Origin: Bacillota bacterium | GTDB taxonomy: Bacteria > Bacillota > Sulfobacillia > Fermentithermobacillales > Fermentithermobacillaceae | Direction: 5' to 3' | Assembly: GCA_033809515.1 (NCBI GenBank) | Contig: JAPXLN010000006.1 | Coordinates: 15,186 to 79,185 of the forward strand | DNA: 64,000 nucleotides | Shown here: piece after piece, positions 1 through 8,461 of the stretch | Layout of the letters: the number at the start of each line of letters is the position of its first letter | How positions within the stretch are numbered: position 1 is the stretch's first letter | The notes under the pieces: model-generated | Databases searched by the model: none | The model's input: only the letters and a program-made list of their open reading frames with translations | Told to the model about the DNA's origin: nothing | Translations under genes and position numbers: made by a program

Positions 1-123
1 AAGGAGCTTGTAAACGGAAACACAACAGAAACAATCGATAGGAACAAAAGGCTGCTAAAAGAGATTTTCGGCATGACCCTGCCCGAGATAGAACGTGAAT
101 GGCTTGAGACTCTCAAGATTTGA
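1..123 (+). CDS. 3' end of an upstream gene (partial, function unknown); stop TGA at 121-123
   Basis: Open frame running off the window start, ending ...EIFGMTLPEIEREWLETLKI*. Only 45 nt separate it from the next gene, so co-transcription is likely. Confidence 0.3.
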   Translation, partial: KELVNGNTTETIDRNKRLLKEIFGMTLPEIEREWLETLKI

Positions 124-168
124 ACCAACTAGCTACTACACGATCACCCGCCGGCAGGAGGGGCTAAG

Positions 169-1953
169 ATGCATGACTCCTACATAATCACTGACGTTGG
201 CAGTACAACCACGAAAGCAATTCTCATCGGGCCCAGGAACGGCGAGTACCGGCTTTTGGGCAGAGGTGAAGCTTCTACAACCGTGGAGAAGCCTTACGAG
301 GATGTCACCGTAGGCGTCCTCAACGCGATTGCCCGACTCAGCGCAGCTACCGGAGAGGACCTTGCCAGGGCCGTGACCTCGAAAAACGGTCAGAGGCGGT
401 ACCGTTACCTGTCTACGTCAAGCGCGGGCGGGGGTCTCCAGGTGTTAGTGCTGGGTCTGACCAGCAGGGTAACCGCCGAGAGCGCAGCCCGCGCAGCCTT
501 AGGGGGAGGGGCCATAATCCTCAATGTGATAGCAAGCGACGATGGCCGCCAATCCTTCGCCAAGATAGATGCCATAAGAAACAGCAGACCCGACATGGTG
601 CTTATTTCAGGAGGGCTTGACGGGGGCAACATAGACTTTGTACTTGAGCTTTGCGACATTCTCAATGCAGCTAACCCCATGCCTCGTTTCGGCAGGGATT
701 ACAAGATACCGGTCATATATGCAGGAAACAGAGCTGCCAGCGCTTTGGTCATAGATACCTTGTCAGACCGGTACGATGTAACCGTTGTGCCTAACCTGCG
801 CCCTACCTTCGATAGAGAAGAGCTTCTTCCGGCAAGAAACGCTATTCACGAACTTTTTATGTCTCACGTCATGAAGCAGGCGCCGGGGTACGAGACTTTG
901 TCTGCCTGGGTTGACGGAGACATTCTTCCCACGCCTGCTGCAGTGGGCAGCATTATGGAGGCGGCCGCCCTACGGAAGAAGGCTAACGTTCTGGGGGTGG
1001 ATATCGGCGGGGCCACCACTGATGTGTTTTCCGTAATCGAGGGCATGTTTTTTAGGTCTGTAAGCGCCAACATGGGTATGAGTTATTCCGCAGGAAATGT
1101 ACTGGTGGAATCCGGGATAGACAAGGTAGTACGCTGGCTTCCTTTCCACCTCCCACAGAACGAGGTTGCAGACAGGATCCTGACCAAGCTCATTAACCCG
1201 ACGTCCCTTCCTGAGGACCATTTGGACCTCTGTATAGAGCAAGCCCTGGCCACAGAAGCTCTGCGGCTCTCTTTTGATCAGCATCGCCAGGTGGCAACAA
1301 CTTTGCCCAGGCGGGCTGGGTCACTTGAGACCAGGCTGTTTACACGTTCTGAAGGGGTGGCTGCCTCTGGACCGGTTAAGGCCCTTGACATGGGGGACAT
1401 AGATCTGATTATCGGATCAGGAGGCGCTCTGTCTCATGCACCCAGGCGAAGTCAGGCTGCGCTGATGATGCTGAACGCTTTTCTTCCGGAAGGCATATCT
1501 TCCTTTGCCGTTGACAGCATCTTCATGATGCCTCACCTTGGGGTTCTTGCCCGGATTGACCCTGATGCGGCTCTTAGTGTGCTGGATAAGGACTGCCTTG
1601 TTCCGCTGGGTCCGGTCATTGCTCCTCAAGGCACAGGGGTTTCCGGAGGGCCCGGAGTGTCGGTACGGGCAATCCATCAGGGAGCCACACGTTCGATCCA
1701 GGTCCAGGCCGGGGATATTGGGGTATTGCCTTTGCCCAGGGGAGCTAACGCGCGTATCCAGGTTGAGTGTCATGGCTCGTTCCACATCAGCAGCTCGTCG
1801 CGGGCAGAGTTCAAAGCTGAAGGCGGCGAAGTGGGTATCATCATCGATGCCAGGGGGCGCCCTCTGGTTCTCCGGCAAGATCCGGAAGAAAGGGTAGCCG
1901 AGGCTCGAAAATGGGTACAGCAAGCAGGCATGACCGGTGGACAGGACAAGTAG
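169..1953 (+). CDS. MutL/GlmL/EutA-like ASKHA-fold ATPase (reactivase-type chaperone family), 594 aa with a C-terminal extension
   Basis: The N-terminal phosphate-1 loop IITDVGSTTTKAILI and the second loop LGVDIGGATTDVFSV at ~residue 280 are typical of glutamate-mutase MutL and EutA-type proteins. There is a strong RBS: GGCAGGAGGGG 6 nt before the ATG. Confidence 0.55.
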   Translation: MHDSYIITDVGSTTTKAILIGPRNGEYRLLGRGEASTTVEKPYEDVTVGVLNAIARLSAATGEDLARAVTSKNGQRRYRYLSTSSAGGGLQVLVLGLTSRVTAESAARAALGGGAIILNVIASDDGRQSFAKIDAIRNSRPDMVLISGGLDGGNIDFVLELCDILNAANPMPRFGRDYKIPVIYAGNRAASALVIDTLSDRYDVTVVPNLRPTFDREELLPARNAIHELFMSHVMKQAPGYETLSAWVDGDILPTPAAVGSIMEAAALRKKANVLGVDIGGATTDVFSVIEGMFFRSVSANMGMSYSAGNVLVESGIDKVVRWLPFHLPQNEVADRILTKLINPTSLPEDHLDLCIEQALATEALRLSFDQHRQVATTLPRRAGSLETRLFTRSEGVAASGPVKALDMGDIDLIIGSGGALSHAPRRSQAALMMLNAFLPEGISSFAVDSIFMMPHLGVLARIDPDAALSVLDKDCLVPLGPVIAPQGTGVSGGPGVSVRAIHQGATRSIQVQAGDIGVLPLPRGANARIQVECHGSFHISSSSRAEFKAEGGEVGIIIDARGRPLVLRQDPEERVAEARKWVQQAGMTGGQDK

Positions 1954-2015
1954 ATGCAGCATGTGGGCAGTCCACGTGGGTACATGAAGCTGTCAATACC
2001 GGGAGGTGACTCGAA

Positions 2016-3116
2016 TTGACTACTATGAAGCCCCAGAGAGTAAAGCGCCTTCGCCAGGTTCCCCTAACCGGGCGGATCCTCGTAAAGGAAGGCCATGCCG
2101 TTGAGCCGGATTCAGTTGTTGCCCGGGTTGAAACCCTGCCAGGACGAGTGCTGAAAGCTAACGCAGCGGGAGCCCTTGGAGTTGAGCCGGGAACGCTTGA
2201 TCGCTGGATGCTCAAGCAGGTAGGTGACCATGTATCAGCAGGAGAAGCCATAGCAGGGCGCACTGATTTCTTCGAGAGAAGATCAGCCAGGTCACCTATA
2301 GACGGCGTTCTTGCCATTGTGTCCAGAAACCTTGGATATGTTTACGTGAGGGAAATGATTGAGCTTGGTGAAGTAACCGGCCCTGTCAGGGTAGACGTTG
2401 CCAAAGATATCAGAGTCCCTCCTTCTGAAGTCCAGCGGTGCCTGATTTCCGGCATCAGGCCTGGGTCTATAGTGATCAAAGGGCAGATACTGGCCTCTAA
2501 CAAAGTGAATCCCCGTAAGCCCCTTGTGTCCGAGTCTCCTATTTACGGCAGAGTCAGGGAAGTCTCATTTGCCGAAGGTACGATCACCATAGCTCCCATC
2601 TTCCCCTCCCTGGATATTCTTGCCTACATGAAGGGCACAGTTACCGGGTTTGCCCCGGCGTCGGGGGTGGAAATTACGGGAAATGCTGTGGCCATAGACG
2701 GTATCTGGGGGTTGGGCGGTGAAGCTTTCGGACCCCTGAAGGTCATTGACGGCGACCTGACTGACGCATCTTCTTTGAAGGAGTCCGACAGGGGTTCCGT
2801 AGTCGCAGTGAACGGCACTGCATCCTATGAAGCGCTTGTAGCTGCGGAAGATGCAGGCCTGGCCGGAGCTGTTCTGGCGTACCTTCCTTCTCAAACGGCC
2901 TTGAGACTTGTGGGGCCCCACCGGAACCTAGGGGTTACCGGCGATGAAGAGGTTCCGTTTCCCATAGTGGTCACAGAAGGGTTTCTGCCTTCGCCCATGA
3001 AAGAGGAAACCCTCTCAACACTTAGGAGTCACCAGGGCACGGTTGTATCACTTAGAGGAATCACTCATATCCGGGCAGGAGTAATACGTCCGGAGATCAT
3101 TATTCCTGTCGATTGA
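2016..3116 (+). CDS. conserved hypothetical protein (366 aa), no recognisable family; second gene of the MutL-like operon
   Basis: Long ORF with a TTG start 7 nt after the RBS GGGAGGTG. It lies 62 nt after the previous gene. Codon usage matches its neighbours. Confidence 0.5.
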   Translation: MTTMKPQRVKRLRQVPLTGRILVKEGHAVEPDSVVARVETLPGRVLKANAAGALGVEPGTLDRWMLKQVGDHVSAGEAIAGRTDFFERRSARSPIDGVLAIVSRNLGYVYVREMIELGEVTGPVRVDVAKDIRVPPSEVQRCLISGIRPGSIVIKGQILASNKVNPRKPLVSESPIYGRVREVSFAEGTITIAPIFPSLDILAYMKGTVTGFAPASGVEITGNAVAIDGIWGLGGEAFGPLKVIDGDLTDASSLKESDRGSVVAVNGTASYEALVAAEDAGLAGAVLAYLPSQTALRLVGPHRNLGVTGDEEVPFPIVVTEGFLPSPMKEETLSTLRSHQGTVVSLRGITHIRAGVIRPEIIIPVD

Positions 3117-3138
3117 CTGCTTTGTTGGAGGTTATACT

Positions 3139-4293
3139 ATGACGAGCGGTGTTACTCTGGGTGAAAGCGGCGCAACTCCGTCCTTTAAGCCCGAGGTAGA
3201 CTACATTCCCAAAGGGTCCAGGCAAGTTCCCTGGCGCATCTGTACAAACTTTGCCGGTGCAGACGATCTTATGGACAGGTTTGGCCAGTGGCCGGATTAT
3301 GCCCTCATGCCCGAAAGGCTTGAGAGTCTCTACAGAAAGGAGAGACGGACGGAAGTTCCTAAGTTTTCCGTGGTTCATGATGGCGTGGTAAAACCGGCCT
3401 TTCCGTTCCTGGAGGAAACCGAGGGCCTTGCTATCCAGCGAGTTTTTGAGTCCAGCAAAGAGAGCATATATCCGGAGTTCAGACACGCTTTGAAAGGCAT
3501 TGAATCACAAAGCCCGATCTATGCAGACCGGTGCCTCCTCCTGATTCAGACTCTGCTTGTGCTCTATCTCCGGCACAAGGAAAAAGAGACCGGCATTTGG
3601 GAGGAGAGGTCGCCTGAACAAAGACTTGGGACAATTTTTGCAGCCGGTAACCACATTCCTGTGAGTTTCACTAGGGTGAATGCTTTTGTGGCCGGGATTG
3701 GCAGACGGCTGGCCTTCCCCTGGGGTGGGGCGTACAAAGAGTATGGCAAGCTGCTGTCCCTGATGGAAGACCCTTACACTGCATGGGTTCTGAGGACCGC
3801 AGACGACGACCTTCACGTCCTTGCCGCAGGTCCCACAGTCAGAGGTTTGAAACTGGCCGGTCTCATTGAGTTCCCGGTCTCTATGGTGTCTCACAAGAAT
3901 CACATTGCACTGAACGTTCCGGCCATAGATTCCAGGGAAGTTGAAGGTTTCCTGCCGCTTCTCACCAGGGGGCTTGGGGCTGTTGCATCGGAGACTGCGC
4001 CAGTGCTGTATGGTGTTCTTGATGTCTGGAAGAGAGGGCAATATGACTATCTGGAAGGCTGCGGCGATTACCTGGAGATGGCTTACGCGATCTTAGCCGG
4101 CCTTTTGTTCAAATGGGCCATGGAAGACGGTTTGCTTGGCGTGCCGCCTAAGCTTACCAAGTTCGGTGACGATTACTGGGTAGTCCAGAGGACTTTCTTT
4201 GAGCGACTGTCTTTTCGCAAGACTGAGTTCCCCGGGTTGTCTGTGCTCAGACAGGCTGATTCGGTCTGGGAACGCCTCTTGGAGCGGTCCTGA
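3139..4293 (+). CDS. conserved hypothetical protein (384 aa), no recognisable family; third gene of the MutL-like operon
   Basis: ATG start preceded by GGAGGT, 22 nt after the upstream stop. No signal peptide, TM segment or known motif seen. Confidence 0.5.
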   Translation: MTSGVTLGESGATPSFKPEVDYIPKGSRQVPWRICTNFAGADDLMDRFGQWPDYALMPERLESLYRKERRTEVPKFSVVHDGVVKPAFPFLEETEGLAIQRVFESSKESIYPEFRHALKGIESQSPIYADRCLLLIQTLLVLYLRHKEKETGIWEERSPEQRLGTIFAAGNHIPVSFTRVNAFVAGIGRRLAFPWGGAYKEYGKLLSLMEDPYTAWVLRTADDDLHVLAAGPTVRGLKLAGLIEFPVSMVSHKNHIALNVPAIDSREVEGFLPLLTRGLGAVASETAPVLYGVLDVWKRGQYDYLEGCGDYLEMAYAILAGLLFKWAMEDGLLGVPPKLTKFGDDYWVVQRTFFERLSFRKTEFPGLSVLRQADSVWERLLERS

Positions 4294-4295
4294 AG

Positions 4296-4877
4296 CTAGT
4301 CCTGGTTCAGCAATCCGGCAGTCTCGAATCTGCGGGCGATTATGGCGCCTAGAGCTGCTTTTAGAAGGTCAACAGGAAGGAAGGGCAAGGAACCTGCCGC
4401 AAAAGCTTCCCGAAGAGAAAGCTTAGTAAACCATGCCAGGTAACATGCGCCGAGGGCATGAACGGTCAGTATACCGCCCAGGAGGATGGGGACCAGGTAC
4501 GACGCCCAAGCATGCTTCCTGTTACTACGACTATGAACATGGTCCTTCGTCATATTCTGTCTCATGGCTGCGTGTACCGAGCCTGTGACCCATGCGCCTG
4601 CAACAAAGCCCAGCAGATAGCCTCCTGTGGGCCCAAGGAGAGTCCCCGGGCCGGATCTCCCTCCTGCAAACACAGGGAATCCAAGGCACCCGATTCCCAG
4701 GTAAAGCACCATGCTGGCTGCTCCCCACCAAGGCCCCAGGGCCATGCCGGCAAGCATGACGCCGAAGGTTTGGCCTGTGAGGGGCACCGGGCTGAAAGGA
4801 AGGGGTACAGCCACAAAGGAAAGCACGCAGGTGAGCCCTGCCCACATAGAGGTCTTGAGAAGCATGGCGACGCTCAT
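4296..4877 (-). CDS. bioY: BioY biotin transporter (ECF S-component)
   Basis: Motifs PLTGQTFGVMLAGMALGPWWGAASMVLYLGIGCLGFPVFAGG and GPTGGYLLGF are typical of BioY. The protein is multi-TM and 193 aa long. Confidence 0.75.
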   Translation of the reverse strand: MSVAMLLKTSMWAGLTCVLSFVAVPLPFSPVPLTGQTFGVMLAGMALGPWWGAASMVLYLGIGCLGFPVFAGGRSGPGTLLGPTGGYLLGFVAGAWVTGSVHAAMRQNMTKDHVHSRSNRKHAWASYLVPILLGGILTVHALGACYLAWFTKLSLREAFAAGSLPFLPVDLLKAALGAIIARRFETAGLLNQD

Positions 4878-4996
4878 TGATGATCATCTGCCTTGCAGGC
4901 CCTATTCAGCCACTCCTGTTTCATCTTTGTCTGCGTCCTCTTCCTGTAATTATACGTGTTTTTTTCGTCATCCGGCCTTGCCTGGATGCTGGGCTT

Positions 4997-5013
4997 ATGA
5001 TCAGAATGATCAT
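4997..5013. promoter_or_regulatory. perfect 17-bp palindrome ATGATCA-GAA-TGATCAT; related ATGATCAT copy at 4880-4887 overlapping the bioY start; candidate operator
   Basis: Seen directly in the sequence. It sits in the divergent intergenic region between bioY and the GRE activase. Confidence 0.3.
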
Positions 5014-5201
5014 AGACTAATCGCGCCGTACAGGCAACTTCTCGGCGGGCAGGGAAGATGACAGCCATCAGAGAAAAGTAAGGAAGGCAGTAAGGCCAAG
5101 AGACGAGTGTGAGCTTGTTGTCGCACCGCGCTCAGCCCAAGCTTTGGGGCAGAGCAAAGAAGACAGAGTGAGCGGCAGGGGCGAAACAGGAGGCGACCGG
5201 A

Positions 5202-6086
5202 CTGAATACAGGGGTCATATTTAACATTCAAAGGTACTCCATACATGATGGGCCGGGTATCAGGACGACCGTGTTCTTTAAGGGGTGTCCGCTGAGGTGT
5301 CTGTGGTGCCATAATCCGGAAAGTCAGATGGCAGGGCCTGAGCTTATGGTTTGGAGGAGCCGGTGTATCTCCTGTGGGGCATGCGTACGGGTCTGCCCTT
5401 CAGGAACGGCAAGAGAGGAAATGTGTGCCCTCTGCGGGAGGTGCGTGGAGGTCTGCCCTGCTAAGGCAAGGGAACTTGTGGGAAAGAAAGTCACGGTTGA
5501 CTATGTGGTTAAAGAGGTTCTGAAAGACAGGGTGTTTTATGAGGAATCCGGCGGCGGCGTCACTTTTTCCGGAGGAGAGCCGCTTATGCAGCCTGCGTTT
5601 CTCAGAGAGTGCCTGGAGGGGTGCAAAGAGGAAGGTCTGAACACTGTAGTCGATACCTCGGGGTTCGCTCCGTGGGACAGTATAAAGGCGGTATTCCCCC
5701 TGACAGACTTGTTTTTGTACGACATAAAGACCGTTGATGATGCCAGACACAGAGAGTACGTAGGTGCGCCCAGTGCCCTTGTATTGGACAACGTGAACCG
5801 GCTGGTAGCAGAGGGAGCTTGCGTTGTGGCAAGGTTGCCCTTGATACCGGGAGTCAATACGGATGATTCAAGCTTAAGGGATATAGGCGAATTTCTGCAG
5901 CGTACGGGCCTCAGGCGTATTGACGTGTTGCCATATCATGATACCGCCAAAGAGAAATATTCGAGGCTCAACAGGCAATATGCATTAGACAATGTACCGC
6001 CTGCATCAGGCGACGACCTGGCGCGCGCCCGGGGTATCCTTGGCGAGTTTGGCCTGGTTGAGGCGAATGGGAGGGAGTCACCATGA
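5202..6086 (+). CDS. glycyl-radical-enzyme activating enzyme (radical SAM, with two extra ferredoxin-like Cys clusters); start uncertain (candidate CTG at 5202; ORF track gives GTG 5271)
   Basis: GCPLRCLWCHNPES is a CxxxCxxC radical-SAM motif. CISCGACVRVCPSG and CALCGRCVEVCPAKA are typical of GRE activases. The conserved N-terminus GVIFNIQRYSIHDGPGIRTTVFF is in frame upstream of 5271 with no ATG/GTG/TTG. AGGAGG at 5188-5193 lies 8 nt before the in-frame CTG at 5202. Confidence 0.8.
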   Translation: MNTGVIFNIQRYSIHDGPGIRTTVFFKGCPLRCLWCHNPESQMAGPELMVWRSRCISCGACVRVCPSGTAREEMCALCGRCVEVCPAKARELVGKKVTVDYVVKEVLKDRVFYEESGGGVTFSGGEPLMQPAFLRECLEGCKEEGLNTVVDTSGFAPWDSIKAVFPLTDLFLYDIKTVDDARHREYVGAPSALVLDNVNRLVAEGACVVARLPLIPGVNTDDSSLRDIGEFLQRTGLRRIDVLPYHDTAKEKYSRLNRQYALDNVPPASGDDLARARGILGEFGLVEANGRESP

Positions 6087-8443
6087 GAGACAGAGTAAGA
6101 AAGCTCCGGGAAAGGAGCCTTGAGGCAGTGCCGACTCTTTCTACAGAGAGGGCCTGCCTGCTTACGGAGGCATACGGGAAATATGAAGGCAAGACGTCAG
6201 TTCCTGTGCTTAGGGCAATGGCCTTCAGACACCTAATGGAGAACAAGGAAGTCTATATAGGCCCGGATGAGTTGATTGTGGGAGAACGGGGTCCCCTTCC
6301 TAAGGCCACGCCTACTTACCCTGAGCTTTGCTGCCATACCCCGGATGATCTGCAAATCATAAGCGACAGGGAGAAGACTTTCTTCAAAGTAAGCGAAGAA
6401 GCTCAAAGGACTCAGGCTGAAGAGATTATTCCCTTTTGGCAGGATCGGTCAATGCGTAGGAAGATATTTGACCACATGACAAAGGAGTGGAAGGACTGCT
6501 ACGAAGCCGGGCTTTTCACTGAGTTCATGGAGCAACGAGCTCCGGGACATACGGTGGCAGACGACAAAATATACCAAAAAGGTTTCCTTGATTTCAAAGA
6601 GGATATCAGGGAAAGCCTTGAGAGCATCGACTATCTCAATGACCCGGAAGGCTATGACAAAGAGCAGGAACTGCAGGCCATGATGATATGCTGTGATGCC
6701 ATAGTGACATATGCCCGGCGGCATGCGGCGAAAGCCCTGGAAATGGCAGAGAAAGAGACTGACGGGCGCAGAAAGCATGAGCTTGAGGAAATCGCACGGA
6801 TTTGCTCCCGGGTTCCGGCTCATTCTCCACAGACTTTCCGGGAAGCTCTTCAGGCGTACTGGTTTGTGCACCTGGGGGTAATCACTGAGCTTAACACCTG
6901 GGACTCTTTCAACCCGGGAAGGCTGGACCAGCACCTTTACCCGTTCTACAAGAAGGAACTGGAAGATGGGACCCTCACCCGGGAAGACGCCGAGGAGCTT
7001 TTGCAGTGCTTCTGGGTTAAGTTCAACAACCAGCCGGCCCCTCCTAAGGTAGGCATTACTCTGGCTGAAAGCGGAACCTACACGGATTTTGCCAACATAA
7101 ACACAGGGGGGTTGACGCCTGACGGAAAAGACGGCGTTAACGATGTCACCTATCTTATACTGGACGTAATTGACACCATGCGTTTGGTTCAGCCTAGCTC
7201 TAACATTCAGCTCAGCGCGAAGAATCCGGACAAGTTCCTGAAAAGGGCCTGCGAGATCATACGCAAGGGATGGGGGCAGCCGTCAGTCTTTAACGCCGAC
7301 GTCATTGTCGAGGAAATGCTGCTGCAGGGGAAGTCCGTTGAGGATGCCCGCTGTGGGGGCACCAGCGGTTGTGTTGAGACAGGATCTTTCGGCAAAGAGA
7401 GTTACATCCTTACAGGGTATTTCAACCTAATGAAGGTCTTGGAGATAACCTTGCACAACGGCGTCGACCCCAGGACAGGAAAGAAACTTGGATTAAGCAC
7501 GGGAGACCCCGGGAACTTTGATTCTTTTGAATGTCTCATGAGCGCGTTCAATAAGCAGCTGGACCACTTTATAGACATTAAGATAAGAGGCAACCAGGTC
7601 ATTGAATCTCTGTACGCCAGACACATGCCCTCGCCCTTTCTCTCTGTGATAATCAGCGATTGCATTGAGAAAGGGAAGGATTACAACGCCGGAGGGGCCC
7701 GGTACCACAGCAGGTACATTCAGGGAGTTGGAATAGGGACGATTACAGACAGCCTTTCGGCAATCAAGCGCCATGTCTTTGAGAGACGGGCAGTAGACAT
7801 GGCAGGCCTTTTGAGCGCTCTTGAGGCAGATTTTGAGGGACATGAGGTTTTGCGCCACACTCTTCTTAACCATACCCCCAAATACGGAAATGACAATGAC
7901 TATGCTGATTGCATTATGAAAGAGGTGTTTGACGTCTTCTTTCAGGCGGTCAACGGCAGAAGGAGCGTTACAGGGGGCACATACAGGATAAACATGCTTC
8001 CGACCACCTGCCATGTGTATTTCGGTTCGGTTATCGGTGCCACGCCCGACGGAAGAAGGGCTTTCCAACCGTTGTCTGAGGGCATATCGCCGGTACAGGG
8101 GGCAGACCGGCTGGGTCCTTCAGCTGCTGTCAAATCGGCGTCAAAAATGGACCATGTGAAGACCGGAGGTACTTTGCTCAACCAGAAGTTTACGCCTGCG
8201 CTTTTGGAGGGAGAGATAGGCTTAGATGCTTTGGCGCGTCTTGTTAGAGGGTATTTCCGGTTGGGAGGGCATCACATTCAGTTTAACGTGGTAAGCGCTG
8301 AAGTTCTGAAAAAGGCTCAAGATAACCCCGAGGAATACAGGGATCTGATAGTGAGAGTTGCAGGGTACAGTGACTATTTCTGCGACCTGTCCAGGGCCCT
8401 TCAGGATGAGATAATCGCGCGAACGGAACACCGGGTCTTTTAA
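6083..8443 (+). CDS. glycyl radical enzyme, PFL2/glycerol-dehydratase-like 1,2-eliminase class (786 aa); substrate unassigned
   Basis: C-terminal glycyl-radical motif RVAGYSDYF with the Gly at ~residue 761. Active-site loop GGTSGCVETG has a single Cys with Glu two residues later, as in glycerol dehydratase, HypD and CutC. Start ATG overlaps the activase stop (ATGA). Confidence 0.85.
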   Translation: MRDRVRKLRERSLEAVPTLSTERACLLTEAYGKYEGKTSVPVLRAMAFRHLMENKEVYIGPDELIVGERGPLPKATPTYPELCCHTPDDLQIISDREKTFFKVSEEAQRTQAEEIIPFWQDRSMRRKIFDHMTKEWKDCYEAGLFTEFMEQRAPGHTVADDKIYQKGFLDFKEDIRESLESIDYLNDPEGYDKEQELQAMMICCDAIVTYARRHAAKALEMAEKETDGRRKHELEEIARICSRVPAHSPQTFREALQAYWFVHLGVITELNTWDSFNPGRLDQHLYPFYKKELEDGTLTREDAEELLQCFWVKFNNQPAPPKVGITLAESGTYTDFANINTGGLTPDGKDGVNDVTYLILDVIDTMRLVQPSSNIQLSAKNPDKFLKRACEIIRKGWGQPSVFNADVIVEEMLLQGKSVEDARCGGTSGCVETGSFGKESYILTGYFNLMKVLEITLHNGVDPRTGKKLGLSTGDPGNFDSFECLMSAFNKQLDHFIDIKIRGNQVIESLYARHMPSPFLSVIISDCIEKGKDYNAGGARYHSRYIQGVGIGTITDSLSAIKRHVFERRAVDMAGLLSALEADFEGHEVLRHTLLNHTPKYGNDNDYADCIMKEVFDVFFQAVNGRRSVTGGTYRINMLPTTCHVYFGSVIGATPDGRRAFQPLSEGISPVQGADRLGPSAAVKSASKMDHVKTGGTLLNQKFTPALLEGEIGLDALARLVRGYFRLGGHHIQFNVVSAEVLKKAQDNPEEYRDLIVRVAGYSDYFCDLSRALQDEIIARTEHRVF

Positions 8444-8461
8444 GGGAATCGCGGGGTTTGG

